A DNA stretch of 64,000 bases, taken from contig OZ024759.1 in the NCBI GenBank assembly GCA_964016885.1, positions 26,412,001 to 26,476,000 of the forward strand, read 5' to 3'. Both the position numbers and the translations under genes were made by a program. Source of the stretch: Eledone cirrhosa. Taxonomy: Eukaryota. Positions 13,504 to 28,023 of the stretch are shown one piece after another. The notes beneath the pieces are model-generated. The model was not told where the DNA came from and did not search any database. It saw only the letters and a list, made by a program, of their open reading frames with translations. Within the stretch, counting starts at the first letter, position 1. The number at the start of each line of letters is the position of its first letter.

Positions 13504-13629
13504 TTAAACCACACATGTCCTCCTAAACTATATCCCAAGTCTCAGTCAAAACAACCACTGACCAACATCAATTACTAGTATGGAGATGACGGACGTCATC
13601 AAACTGCAGCCATAATATTGCATAGTTTC

Positions 13630-13950
13630 ATCATCAGTTTACATCCGCTTTTCCCTGTTTGCAAGGGGGGGATGGGTTCTATTCAGCACAGCATCTCTCC
13701 ACTTGTCACAGTCCTTCGTCATCTCCTCTGTGAACTTCAGCAATCTGAGCTCTGCTCTCACCACCTGTGTCTTCCTTCTACTGGGATTTCTTGGCACTTC
13801 TTTACCCAGCGGTCATCCTCCATGCATATCACATGTTCATACCATCGCAGTCTTCTCTCCCACACACTACAACTTATCCCTCTTATACACAGTTTCTCTC
13901 TCAACATATCTATGCTTGGTCGTTCATGCACATTGACATTGTACATCTAA
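13630..13950 (-). mobile_element. RTE-clade LINE 3' fragment
   Basis: Peptide ERRLRWYEHVICMEDDRWVKKC..VEGR, homologous to the fragment at 15207-15600. Confidence 0.75.
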
Positions 13951-14166
13951 TGGAACATGCTTGCGTCATTTCTCTTCTCTTTCTATATAATAATCTACAG
14001 CATCAAAATTATGTCACAATCCTCTCAGCAGAAACAACCACCAACCTCATCAATTACCGGTAGGGGGGTGACTGACATCATCAGCTGCACCCTATTGTTG
14101 TTGTTGTTAATGTTGTTGATGTTCTTACTGTTAGTTGTTTTTGTTTTTTTGTTTTTTTGTACACAG

Positions 14167-14495
14167 GTAACCTTATGTTCACAATCAACGGTCGTATTTA
14201 TGGTAACAATCAAGGACTGGTTATGCAGACCCACGAACACATAGCGTGGTACATAATGTCCCATGGCAGTGATAAGGATGTCCATACGGCACATTTTCAT
14301 GGCCAGACATATCTGCAACACTCCGATGGTCTACATAGAGCTGATGTACTGGAGGTTTCTGCTGACGTTGCCAAGGCTGTTGAAATCAGGGCAGATAACC
14401 CTGGTAAATGGATATTACATTGCCATGTTAACGAACACATCATTGGTGGTATGGAGACAGCCTATATTGTGCTGCCACCTGGTGAACAGGTATAA
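14167..14495 (+). CDS. Multicopper oxidase probable last coding exon (domain 6, trinuclear-cluster and T1 ligands)
   Basis: Acceptor acacag|. Motifs DVHTAHFHG and WILHCHVNEHIIGGM. Stop TAA at 14493-14495 and AATAAA at 14606-14611. All eight exon lengths are phase-compatible. Confidence 0.9.
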
Positions 14496-14744
14496 TTAAC
14501 ACAGACTCGTTGATTATACTGGACATCATATTTTGATGAAGATGGTGAAGATTAAATTACAGAATTGAATATGATAAACTATTGATCTATTAAAATATAT
14601 TGATAAATAAATGGATCAAAGCTAATGTTGTTTTAGCAGTTGTTATTAAAACATAAGTATATTAATAATAGTTTCTGTTATAGGCACAAGGCTAGCATAT
14701 AAGTATATTAATAACGTGGATTTCATATGCATCCCACCACTTAC

Positions 14745-15640
14745 ATATATGAGGATGGAGAAGAGGAGAAAGTAGAGGTATTAAAGTCAACCTGACAAAG
14801 ACTAAGGCCCTAGTAAGTAGAAGAGAAAACACAACCCAGATCCATTCAAGGAAATGGTCTTGCTCAGTATGTAGGAAAGGTGTAGGTAGAAATTCTATCC
14901 TCTGCCCCAAATGCAAATTATAGGTACACAAGAAATGTAGTGGAATCTCAGGAATTTTATTTAAGAATGTAGGCTTTACATGTAGCAGTTGCACCGGGAC
15001 AGTGAGCAGCAAACGGCCACAGGAAACAAGCACTACCAAATTGTGGGAGGGCTCGGTAGAAACAGTGACCAAATTAGCAGCGGAGGTGGGTGTTCTGAAA
15101 GTACAGTAGCCAGAGTAAGAACGGGATGGAAGAAGTTCATGGAGCTACTACCACTGCTAGCTACAAACGGATTTTCCCTCAAAATGAAAGGCAGACTGCA
15201 TGATGCATGCATAGGAGCAGCAATGTTGCATGTAGTGAGGCTTGGGAGCTGTGTGCAGAAGACTTGCGTAGATTGGAAAGAAATGAAGCTCGCATGCTCC
15301 AATGGATGTGTAATAGTAATATACGTGAACGCCAAAGCATAAACGAACTAAGAGAAGGACTAGTCATAAGAAGAATCAAATGCTGTGTACAGGAGAGGAG
15401 ATTACGTTGGTATTGACATGTGATGCATATGAAACATGACAGCTGCATAAAAAGGTGCAGAGAATTCAAAGTCGATGGAAACCTTGGAGTGGGGAAACTC
15501 AGGAAGACTTGGGATGAGGTGATAAAAGCTGATGTTGCCCAATTGCACCTCTCAAAGGCGATGACACACAACCACTGGCGTTACGCAGTGATACAGAAGC
15601 ACCTCAAGTCTTCCTGGACCCCCTCACTCCACGGCTTCCA
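14745..15640 (+). mobile_element. Degenerate RTE-clade LINE ORF2 C-terminal region with Cys-rich insert
   Basis: Frameshifted peptides GIKVNLTKTK, CSVCRKGVGRNSILCPKC, ARVRTGWKKFMELLPLL and ERRLRWY. Confidence 0.8.
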
Positions 15641-15671
15641 TCGACTTTGAGTGCTCTGCACCTTTTTATGC

Positions 15672-16670
15672 ATCCGTTATAACGAATATCATTATAACGA
15701 AATTTTTTTAATCCCCGTCCATAAGCTTATTAAAACAACGATAAAAGAATCTCGTTATAACGAAATTCATTACAACGAACGAAAATTTAACCCCAAGCAG
15801 TTAAAATTCCTCGCTACAACGAAAGAAAAAAAAAATTCGAAACACTCCGTCTTGCAGAATTCGAACCCCAAAATGCTGCTTCAATTTCCTCGCGTGGTAA
15901 TTTTTCTTAGACAGAAGCGGTATTTCGACTAGCTCACAAGTGATTAATCGAACACCGATGTTGAAACATAATAGATTCGTCCTTTACAGACGTCTCTCCA
16001 TTTCTTATCCTTAGAAGCCTCAGTGAAGTTCTTAAACAGTAATATCAGAACTAATTAACTACAGTATTTCTCCGGTAACATTTCAATATCTTCGTTGTTA
16101 TTATTTTATAAGTAATGTTCTGTCTGCATTGTTCTCACATTCTTATCACACACTAAACTAAAAAACATTTTTGCTATAATTGAATAAAGTCATACATTCA
16201 GTATAGAGTATCTATTTGAACAAATACTGATTCATTCTTGGTAATTGGATTGATTCTTTGTCGACCTACCATTGAAATTTGGATACTTTTGCACACACAA
16301 GGAACAAAGTAAATTGTACTGTTTTATTTTGGTTTTGTGAAATTTCTATTTTGGACCCCAATGTAAAGGATTACTCATGTGGTTTTATATAAATTATGAA
16401 AAACAAAGCAAAAAAAAAAAAGTGGCGACAGCTTTTGTTTTACGAAAAGTTAGAAAATCTGAAAGTTGTTGACTCTGGGGAAAGAAAGACATTGCGTTAT
16501 AGTTTAATACTATTCCGTCGACATTGTCCACGGTTGTTAAGAATCAGTCTAAAGTTGATGAACAATCTAAAGAGGGAAATTTTGGTTCACAACCAAAAGC
16601 TAATGGCTGCGATGTTCGAAGATATTTGAAATATATATTTTATTGCATGATACAATCATATTACAGGTAT
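15672..16670 (+). mobile_element. Degenerate pogo/Tigger-like DNA transposon, left part
   Basis: Repeated cgttataacgaa subterminal motifs at 15672-15830. 16396-16629 encodes KWRQLLFYEKLENLKVVDSGERK, resembling a CENP-B/psq HTH N-terminus. Confidence 0.55.
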
Positions 16671-16789
16671 GTTTACATTCATTTATTGTTTAATTTTTAA
16701 ACACGTTAAACAAACAAACGTTTAGCCACAGTAAGTAAGGTACTCAATAAATTAGTAGAATGTAAACATCATGTTTAATATAGAAAATG

Positions 16790-16876
16790 CAGTACAAGAA
16801 GTCACCAGGAAATCCTGATGATTTCTTTTGAATGAAGCAGTCGAAGTCCTGTAGAAGCCATTTTTTAATATTAAAT
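16790..16876 (+). mobile_element. Degenerate HHR-like Penelope pLTR fragment (same family as 45417 and 49364)
   Basis: cctgatgatttcttttgaatgaagcagtcgaagtcctgtagaagcc followed by (TA)n. GAAA is mutated to GAAG. Confidence 0.55.
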
Positions 16877-16917
16877 ATATATATATATGTATATGTGTGT
16901 GTGTGTATGTATATAAG

Positions 16918-17320
16918 TGAAGGCGCATAGTGGTTTGAGCGTCGGGCTTACAATCGTGAGGTTGTGAGTTTAATTCTCAGACCGGGCGTTGTGTTGTGTT
17001 CTTGAGCAAGATACTTTATTTCACGTTGCTCTAGTTCACTCAGCTGTAGAAATGAGTTGCGACGTCACTGATGCCAAGCTGTATCAGCCTTTACCTTTCC
17101 CTTGGACAACACACATTGTGTATATTTACTGTACAAAGTGTATATATGATATAGGAGAGGGGAGACTGGTGTGCATGGGAGACTGGCATGCATGGGAGAC
17201 TGGCATGCATGGGAGACTGCTGGTCTTCCACAAACAACCTTGCCCGGACATGTGCCTCGGAGGTGAAGTTTCTAGGTGCAAATCTCATGGTCATTCGTGA
17301 CCGAAGCGGGTCTTTACTTT
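16918..17320 (+). mobile_element. tRNA-derived SINE family C
   Basis: A/B-box-like head, then cttgagcaagatactttatttcacgttgct..cagctgtagaaatgag core. Second copy at 27760-28023. Confidence 0.8.
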
Positions 17321-17332
17321 TATATATGTATA

Positions 17333-17595
17333 TATATCGACAGTCGATCGACTTTCGTCAAACCGGACCGAGGAAACAATCTTTCCAATTGCTAATACTA
17401 TCCATCGGTCGCAAATCCAGGTAGAAGGAGCAACGTGAAATAAAATGTCTTGCCCGATGACATAACGCATCGCCCGGTCCAGGAATCGAACTCATAACCT
17501 TTTGCGACCGATAGATAGTATTATCAATTGGAAAGACCAATGGAAACATTGTTTCCTTGGTCCGATTTGACGAAAGTCGATCGACTGTCGATATA
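17333..17595. repeat. Inverted repeat (~80-90-bp arms) in (TA)n, enclosing an inverted SINE C head
   Basis: tcgacagtcgatcgactttcgtcaaa...tttgacgaaagtcgatcgactgtcga. Confidence 0.85.
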
Positions 17596-17775
17596 TATAT
17601 ATATATAGACACCAGGATTTTTTCATTCTGATGACTGAAAGCAAATTTCGTTTGCTTTCAAGAAACCACTGGTAAATGAAATAATTATCTTATGTTGTTT
17701 ATTACATAACTATTAAGCTCTGTAACCTACATAGAGCACTCTTTTTTCCTGGACCTTTCCGACGGAATTACTTCA

Positions 17776-20284
<2,509 letters not shown>

Positions 20285-20370
20285 AACTTTGAATAACTTT
20301 GAAATGTTTTGGCCAGTATTGGCCCAGGCCATGTCTAACTTAATAGCACCACCTGGCGAAGTCTTTCAAT

Positions 20371-23300
20371 TCAGGATTTGGGCACCATGGCCCATTCGAG
20401 AAGAGAATTACTGTTTGCGGAGACATATCCGGGTGTGGGTGGTTTGTCCGGGATTACTTGGAGGAATTTGTCCAAAGACTTCTTGAATTTTGTGTGGTCA
20501 GTTTCTGTTTTGACGTGTCCTGGTGTGATGTTGAAGAGAGCAGGGCCGATTGAGGTGAAATAATTGTGCCGTATTGTTGTTATGAGTTGCGATTTAGATT
20601 TTTGAATGGGACGGATAGCACGGGGCCCAAGCCTTGGGTGTATCTTGAAGGCGATGCCAACATCATTTGGGCAGTGATGATGGAACATTTTCCACATCAT
20701 GCAGATAATATAACGCTCACGGCGACGTTGGAGTGAGTAAAGTTTCAGGTTTTCCAATCGACCCCAGTAGTCAAGGTCTGACATGCCATCTATCTTTTTC
20801 GTGATTGCCCTTTGAGGAGCTTCAAGTTTCATGATACTTTGTTTCGTGTGGGGAGACCACAGTGGACAACAGTATTCAAGGTGTGGTCGGGCGAAAGTAG
20901 AGAAGAGAAGGATAATGGTGCGGGAATCTCTCGACTGGAAGGTTCTGAGGATCCAGGAACACATTCTGCGGGCCATGTCAACTTTGCTGCTTATATGCGT
21001 GGTCCAGCTTATGTTGCTGTCCACGGTTACTCCCAAGTCTCTGATGTTGTTAGATGCCACGAGAGTTTCCCCGGAGGGAAGGGAGTACGGGAGTTTCAGA
21101 GCATCCTCTTTTCCAAAGTGGATCAGTTCGAATTTGTCTTCGTTCAGTAGCATGTTGTTCTTTTCTGCCCATTGGGTAACAGCCAGTAGGTCTGACTGAA
21201 GGCTTATCCGGTCATCCACGCCATTGATGACCTTTTGGAGCTTGGAATCATCAGCGAAAATTTTAATGTTGCTGTGTTTGATGATGTCAGTGATGTCATT
21301 AATATAGATGATGAAGAGAAGTGGGCCCAACACAGTGCCTTGTGGGACTCCACTACTGACTTTGGCTGGGCTTGATTTGACTCCCTCAACTACAACATGT
21401 TGGGTTCTGTTTGACAGGAAGCTCTTGATCCACTGCAGCAGCTTTCCAGTGACACCAATATTGGACAGCTTTCTCAGTAGAATGTTATGATCAACCCTGT
21501 CAAAGGCCTTGCTGAAATCAAGGTAGATAACATCAGTGTTGGAACCCTCTCCCAAGGCTCTCAAAATGTCATCAAAGTGATGCAGTAGTTGCGTCAGGCA
21601 ATCCCTTCCATTACGGAATCCATGCTGGTTGGAGTTCAGCATATTGTTACTCTCAAGGAAGTGGGTCATTCGCGATCTCACCACTCGCTCAAATACCTTA
21701 ATGATATGAGAGGTGAGTGAGATTGGACGGTAATTCACGGCAAGGGATTTGTTTCCCTTTTTGAAAACTGGGACAACAGACTGGGATAGAAGGTTTTCTG
21801 GCACATATCCAGCATCCAGTGAGTTCCGCCACAGATTGGCAAGAGGAGAAGCAAGTTGGTGTTGACACGCCTTCAAGACACAAGCAGGGAACCTATCGGG
21901 ACCTACTGCTGAATTATGCTTGATTTCCTTTATTGCCGCCAAGACATCAGGGGCGCCAAACGTTATGTCCGATAAGGTGTAATGGGGAGTAACATCGCCG
22001 ATACAGCCCAGATCGGCCATATCAGGATTGCTGAAAACAGAGCAGTATTGTTTCTGCAGTATCTCACCCATGGTTTTAGCATTGTCTTGAAGAGTGCCAT
22101 TTTCATCAATTAGAGGGCCAACAGTAGAGCCAGTGATTTTGTGTTTTTTTGCAAATGAAAAGAACACTTTGGGATTGAGTTTGATCTTCTCAATGGCCCA
22201 GGCCTCTTCAGCTCTTCTCTGATTGTTGATGAGGGACATTATGTTGTTTTGGAGGTTATGTTTTTTAATCTCTAGTGATGAAATGGCAGTCAAGTTGATG
22301 TGTTGCTGCTGACAGTATTTCAGATTGTTGATTTTTTTGTTCGTTCTCTTAATTTTTCTGATGAGCGTTTTTCTATTTCTAGGGATTCTGCTCTTAGATT
22401 TGTTTATAGTTCTTAATGGGGTGTGTTTAGCACATATGTTTGTAACAGTGTCCACAAATGTCTGCCAGGACTTTTTGATGTTAGTGGGTGTATGAGTGTG
22501 CGTGAAGGACCAGTCGACATGTGCAAGATCATGACTGATCGCTTCCCAGTTTGCATTGTGGAAATCCATAGCGTCAAACGGATGGACAGGAGAAATGACA
22601 TTGGGTTTGTATATTGGACGGTGGAATCTCAGATCACAGAGAACCATGTCATGATCAGAGAGTAGAGTTTTCTCCACTGCAATATTGTGGATATTGTCAG
22701 TGTGATTGCTGAAAATTAAGTCTAGGACGTTTTTGTGGCACCTCGTTGGTTCGAGCACTAGTTGGGATAGGAAGAAATCATCCATGAAGTCAAGAAGCGA
22801 TTCCACAGCTTCCCTGTCAGAGGTTGAGGCAGAAGAACCTGGTGGCAGGGTGTTTGTGGACCAGTCAACTCCGGGGAGGTTGAAGTCCCCCATCATTAAG
22901 ATATTGTCAGGGTGACACTCTTGGATGAAACACTTTATGCTGTTGAGGCATTCCTTGAAGCATGGTACAGGCGTTTGGGGTGGCCTATAGAGCCCAACTA
23001 CTAATAGGTTGTTGGTTTGACTGAATACAGTGACTGCCTCACAGTATCCATTAGTGAATATGTTCATAGCCTCTGTTGAGAAAGAATTATGGACATAAAT
23101 GGCAGTTCCGCCCTTTCTTCTGCCAGCGCGATCAGCACGGATGGCTTTGAAATTTTTCACTTTCACCTCGGCTTCCAAGTGGAGGTTACTGAGATGGGTT
23201 TCAGTGAGGACGAAGAAAGGGATGTGGTTTGGATGGACATCAATCCAGTCCTCCAGGAATTTGATCTTCCATTTTTGAGTATTGGTGGAAGGGCTGATGC

Positions 23301-23508
23301 CTTGGGCGTTAAGTAAAAATGTAGAGGCGAGAGTGGATGGTTTTAATTGTTTTGGTGTGTTGTTAATTTGTTTGTTTGTTAATGGCAGCAATGGGAGTTT
23401 GTGCAGTGGGGTGATAGTGGAGGGTGGTGCTGGGTGATAGCTCGAATGTTTTTTTCCAGTTCTTTTGCCAGATTCATTATGGCTAAAAAAGAGGAAGAAG
23501 TTTCCTGT
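20371..23508 (-). CDS. LINE ORF2: APE endonuclease plus reverse transcriptase (stop-to-stop frame; track start TTG at 23391)
   Basis: Motifs LLNAQGI, LTETHL, YRPP, GDFN, LDLIF, SDHD (APE); [36 protein letters not shown] (RT). About 1000 aa without stops. Confidence 0.95.
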   Translation of the reverse strand, partial: TGNFFLFFSHNESGKRTGKKHSSYHPAPPSTITPLHKLPLLPLTNKQINNTPKQLKPSTLASTFLLNAQGISPSTNTQKWKIKFLEDWIDVHPNHIPFFVLTETHLSNLHLEAEVKVKNFKAIRADRAGRRKGGTAIYVHNSFSTEAMNIFTNGYCEAVTVFSQTNNLLVVGLYRPPQTPVPCFKECLNSIKCFIQECHPDNILMMGDFNLPGVDWSTNTLPPGSSASTSDREAVESLLDFMDDFFLSQLVLEPTRCHKNVLDLIFSNHTDNIHNIAVEKTLLSDHDMVLCDLRFHRPIYKPNVISPVHPFDAMDFHNANWEAISHDLAHVDWSFTHTHTPTNIKKSWQTFVDTVTNICAKHTPLRTINKSKSRIPRNRKTLIRKIKRTNKKINNLKYCQQQHINLTAISSLEIKKHNLQNNIMSLINNQRRAEEAWAIEKIKLNPKVFFSFAKKHKITGSTVGPLIDENGTLQDNAKTMGEILQKQYCSVFSNPDMADLGCIGDVTPHYTLSDITFGAPDVLAAIKEIKHNSAVGPDRFPACVLKACQHQLASPLANLWRNSLDAGYVPENLLSQSVVPVFKKGNKSLAVNYRPISLTSHIIKVFERVVRSRMTHFLESNNMLNSNQHGFRNGRDCLTQLLHHFDDILRALGEGSNTDVIYLDFSKAFDRVDHNILLRKLSNIGVTGKLLQWIKSFLSNRTQHVVVEGVKSSPAKVSSGVPQGTVLGPLLFIIYINDITDIIKHSNIKIFADDSKLQKVINGVDDRISLQSDLLAVTQWAEKNNMLLNEDKFELIHFGKEDALKLPYSLPSGETLVASNNIRDLGVTVDSNISWTTHISSKVDMARRMCSWILRTFQSRDSRTIILLFSTFARPHLEYCCPLWSPHTKQSIMKLEAPQRAITKKIDGMSDLDYWGRLENLKLYSLQRRRERYIICMMWKMFHHHCPNDVGIAFKIHPRLGPRAIRPIQKSKSQLITTIRHNYFTSIGPALFNITPGHVKTETDHTKFKKSLDKFLQVIPDKPPTPGYVSANSNSLLEWAMVPKS

Positions 23509-24539
23509 TTAGAAGACTGTTGGTGACTGTGGTAGTGGTTATTTTTATGTAGGTTATGGTTTTTGTTTTTGCTTTTATTTTTAATTTTATTTTCATTTAT
23601 CCGACGGGTCCCCGGGAGATGGGTAAAGGGACAATCCCGGTCTAAACACAATCTGTCTCGCAGGGAAAAACGGCAGATTTGTGGATTCCTTGTTTGAGTT
23701 ATTGGTGGTTGTGTTGGTGTTAAATTAGAGTATGTATTATGGTGGTGGCTGTTTGTGGGGATAGATCGTTTTGTCCTAGGTAAATGGGTGAATTTGCAGC
23801 CACTATCCGTACATATTCTATAGCGTAGAGAGTAGCGGCAAATGATGGGGTTTCGAGTGGGTGGGTATATGGGTGTGGGTGTTGTGAGAGGTGTAGATGA
23901 TGGTTTGGGTAGGATTTGACGACCTTTGTGGACTGTGGGAGGGAGAGTTCTTGTTCTGGTATTAGAAGGTAAATTCCTTGACATAGCAGTAGACAAAAAT
24001 GTTGTAGTAGTAGTAGTAGTAGTAGGCAGAGATGTTGGCAGTGGTGATGATTGGACTGCTGGGCCAGAGAAAGGATGTGGCGTTTCATGCTGTGAGACAG
24101 AGGCTACTGGGGGGTCAATAGTTTCATTTAGTAGATCGGCCATTGTTGATGAATCAAGGAGTGGTTCACACTGTTGTTGTTGCTGTTGTTGATGTTGTTG
24201 TTGTAGCTGTTGTTGATGTTGTTGTTGTAGCTGTTGTTGTTGTTGCTGTTGTAGCTGCTGTTGTTGTTGTTGCTGCTGCTGGACAGCATTCGAAGAGAAA
24301 ACACACCGTAGTTTATCCAAATGTTTATTGATTAATTTAAAAGCAATTTCGATTTGCTTTAATTTATTTTGAATCTGTTGTTCAGATCGAGTTTTCAAAA
24401 ATTGAACTGTACGTTTAGCAATGTCGTTCAGAGATGAAGCATCTATATTTTCTGTTTGGGAAAGGCAATGCCATGTGTTTATTAGAATGTCGATTTCATT
24501 ATCAGACCAGTTCTGTTTGGATTTTTGCTGGTTAGCCAT
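23379..24539 (-). CDS. LINE ORF1: Myb/SANT(trihelix)-like N-terminus, polyQ, two CCCH zinc-finger-like motifs
   Basis: WSDNEIDILINTW...RSEQQIQNKLKQI; CRYSLRYRICTDSGCKFTH and CRFSLRDRLCLDRDCPFTH (C-x8-C-x4-C-x3-H). 386 aa, ATG start. Confidence 0.8.
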   Translation of the reverse strand: MANQQKSKQNWSDNEIDILINTWHCLSQTENIDASSLNDIAKRTVQFLKTRSEQQIQNKLKQIEIAFKLINKHLDKLRCVFSSNAVQQQQQQQQQLQQQQQQQLQQQHQQQLQQQHQQQQQQQCEPLLDSSTMADLLNETIDPPVASVSQHETPHPFSGPAVQSSPLPTSLPTTTTTTTTFLSTAMSRNLPSNTRTRTLPPTVHKGRQILPKPSSTPLTTPTPIYPPTRNPIICRYSLRYRICTDSGCKFTHLPRTKRSIPTNSHHHNTYSNLTPTQPPITQTRNPQICRFSLRDRLCLDRDCPFTHLPGTRRINENKIKNKSKNKNHNLHKNNHYHSHQQSSKQETSSSFLAIMNLAKELEKNIRAITQHHPPLSPHCTNSHCCH

Positions 24540-24549
24540 TCTAGTTTTG

Positions 24550-25162
24550 AGTGTGTGTGTGTTTTAGTTAAGTATTTCAATATATATATATTTTTTTTTT
24601 AAATTTATTTTTGATTTATTTTTGTTTTTTGTTTTTCTTGTGTGTGAGTGAGAAGCGTATATATATAAATATGAGTATATATATATGTATATTCTGGTTA
24701 TTTGAAATTAATTAAGTTAATGAAAAGACGAAAGTATATAATAATAATTTGTAGTTAAAGGAAAATGTACTCACAAGTTCGTGTGTGTGTGTTTTAGTTA
24801 AGTATTTCAATATATATATATTTTTTTTTTAAATTTATTTTTGTTTTTTGTTTTTCTTGTGTGTGAGTGAGAAGCGTATATATATAAATATGAGTATATA
24901 TATATATATATATGTATATTCTGGTTATTTGAAATTAATGAAAAGACGAAAGTATATAATAATAATTTGTAGTTAAAGGAAAATGTACTCACAAGTTCGA
25001 AAACACGTGGTTTCAAATATATAATAATATAGATGTATGAAAAATGTATTAACCGGTCAATTTTCAAATATATAATAATATAGATGTATGAAAAATGTAT
25101 TAACCGGTCAATTTTCAAATATATAATAATATAGATGTATGAAAATGTATTAACCGGTCAAT
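24550..25162 (-). repeat. Tandem repeats in the LINE 5' UTR (2 x ~220 bp, then 3 x ~52 bp)
   Basis: gtgtgtgtgttttagttaagtatttc...gtactcacaagttcg twice; tttcaaatatataataatatagatgtatgaaaa..taaccggtcaat three times. Confidence 0.9.
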
Positions 25163-25290
25163 TTTTGTTTGTTTGGTTTTGTCTTGTGGTTTTGTTTTGT
25201 GGCTGTGTGACTTGCTGCTTACTCGGGGAGAGAAGTAAAAACACGTCCTTATACTTCAACTGCTCAACTGCTAACTCAACTGCTAACTGC

Positions 25291-25318
25291 TATATATATA
25301 TATATGTATGTATGTATG

Positions 25319-25361
<43 letters not shown>

Positions 25362-25528
25362 GTATATGTATATATATGTATGTATGTATGTATATGTATA
25401 TATATGTATGTATGTATGTATATGTATATATATGTATGTATGTATATGTATATATATGTATGTATGTATATGTATATATATGTATATATGTATGTATGTA
25501 TGTATGTATATATATGTATGTATGTATG

Positions 25529-25575
<47 letters not shown>

Positions 25576-25598
25576 GTATATGTATATATATATGTATG

Positions 25599-25629
<31 letters not shown>

Positions 25630-25718
25630 GTATATGTATATATGTATGTATGTATATGTATATATATATGTATGTATATATATATATATATGTATGTATA
25701 TATATATATATATGTATG

Positions 25719-25752
<34 letters not shown>

Positions 25753-26012
25753 TGTGTATGTATGTATGTATGTATGTGTATGTATGTATGTATATGTATG
25801 TATGTATGTATGTATATATATGTATGTATGTATGTATATATATGTATGTATGTATGTATATATATGTATGTATGTATGTATATATATGTATGTATGTATG
25901 TATATATATATATATGTATGTATGTATGTATATATATATATATGTATGTATGTATATATATATATATGTATGTATGTATATATATATATATGTATGTATG
26001 TATGTATGTATA

Positions 26013-26045
<33 letters not shown>

Positions 26046-26064
26046 ATATGTATGTATGTATGTA

Positions 26065-26126
<62 letters not shown>

Positions 26127-26165
26127 TATATATATATATATATATACATACTACTGTACGTTTGT

Positions 26166-26212
<47 letters not shown>

Positions 26213-26235
26213 GTATGTATACAAACGTACAGTAG

Positions 26236-26276
<41 letters not shown>
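25291..26276. repeat. (TA)n/(TATG)n microsatellite containing a small fold-back inversion at 26143-26245
   Basis: Directly visible in sequence. Confidence 0.9.
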
Positions 26277-26277
<1 letters not shown>

Positions 26278-26689
26278 GTCCTGATTCTCTCATATTCCCT
26301 CTTGCTTTCTGGGGTTTATTTCATTCTTTGTTTTGTTCACCTATATGGTACAGATACACATACACTCGTATAATCTTGGTTAGGAAAATGACGAAAAAAC
26401 ACAAAAATGCAATGTTATTCTATTATCAGAGACTACTCTTTATATATTTTATAGAGTTCTTTCCCTTGCAACATAAAGTGAATAAAATATCCAAGTGCGT
26501 GACACACACACGTTTAGCTAGTCGTGTTTCGATAGTATTGTGTATAACGACAAGCCTTGTGCTTCGGCTGCAAACCCTGGCACCGCCACAGGCAATGCAG
26601 AGGATGATAGTGGAATACATACAAACATACAATTAATTCTTAGCAACTCTCAAATAAAAGGAGATATTATTATCAATTATTTCGACTTT

Positions 26690-27515
26690 TAGGCGGTGGA
26701 TTATCAGTAGAGGGTCGGATGCCATGCTTTGTAGCATAGTTACGGCCCTTTATGATCTGAGTTCAAATCACACCGAGGTTAACTTTGCCTTTCATCCTTA
26801 CGGGGTCGATAAAATAAAGTACCAAGGGTCGATTTAATCGACTTTCCCCTCCCCCAAAATTGCTGGCCTTGTGCCTATATAAGAAACCATGATTAATTAT
26901 TTCGACTTTTGTCACAATTTGAAGGGAAGGGGAATGTCGATTCATTCTACCCCAGTGCGTTACTGGTACTTTATTTTATCGACGAGATAAGATGAACGGC
27001 AAAGCTAACAGCGGCGAGATTTATACATTAAAAAAGTAATTTGTGGGGAGAGGAAAATCGATTAAATCGATCCCATAGCGTTACTTGTACTTTATTTCAC
27101 CGACCACGAAAGAACGAACGGCAAAGCTAACCTCAGCAGGATTTAAACTCAGAACGTAAAGGGATATAAGTATAAGCCGCAAACGTTGTCCAACGTCCTA
27201 TCGCTCCTACCATTCCATTATCCTCTTAATTGTTTATGATATAGGTACAAGGCCAACCATTTTTGGGGAGCGTAAAGTTGATTATTTCGAACCAAGTGCG
27301 TCACGAGTCCTTTATTTTATCGATCACGTAACGACGAACGGCAAAGCTAACCTCTCCTGAATTTGAATATTAAAAATGGTTTCTGATTTAGGTACAAGTG
27401 CAACACTTTCTGGAGAAGGGAATGTCAATTAAATTGATCTCAGTACGTTACTGGTACTTTATTTATTGACTCTGTAAGGATGAAAGGCAACGCTAACCCC
27501 GGCGGGATTTGATAA
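26690..27515. mobile_element. Cluster of SINE family A copies (first +, then several -)
   Basis: Repeated family A core motifs. Confidence 0.8.
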
Positions 27516-27759
27516 TAAAAAAAACGAATTAATTCCACAAAATCAATCAATATATTTAGCGGAAAATATCCTCTGTTTGTTGTTTAGGTAACCTGCTTCA
27601 GAAAAGGTTTCGGTGTTACTGATCATCAGGGAGTTCTTGCTTTATTAGTCGACAAAGAATTCTGCCATTGTTCTCATTTCAGTTATTTCCCTTAGCTAAT
27701 TCTAATTTATAGCAATGCAGATAATAATAGCTTTATTAGCTTTATTATCAAGAAACTTA

Positions 27760-28023
27760 GTGAGGTTGTGAGTTCGATTCTCGGACCGGGCTTTGCGTTG
27801 TGTTCTTGAGCAAGACACTTTATTTCACGTTGCTCGAGTTCATTCAGCTGTAGAAATGAGTTGCGACGTCACTGGTGCCAAACTGTATCAGCCTTTGCCT
27901 TTCTCTTGGACAGCATCAGTGGAGGGGAAACTGGTATGCATGGGTGATTGCTGGTCTTCCACAAACCATCTTGCCTCGGACTTGTGCCTCGGAGGGGAAC
28001 ATTCTAGGTGCAAATCCCATGGC
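27760..28023 (+). mobile_element. SINE family C copy
   Basis: Aligns by eye to 16955-17290. Confidence 0.8.

Noticed and set aside
20378-23316. Plus-strand ORFs within the LINE
   Set aside because: Antisense shadows of ORF2.
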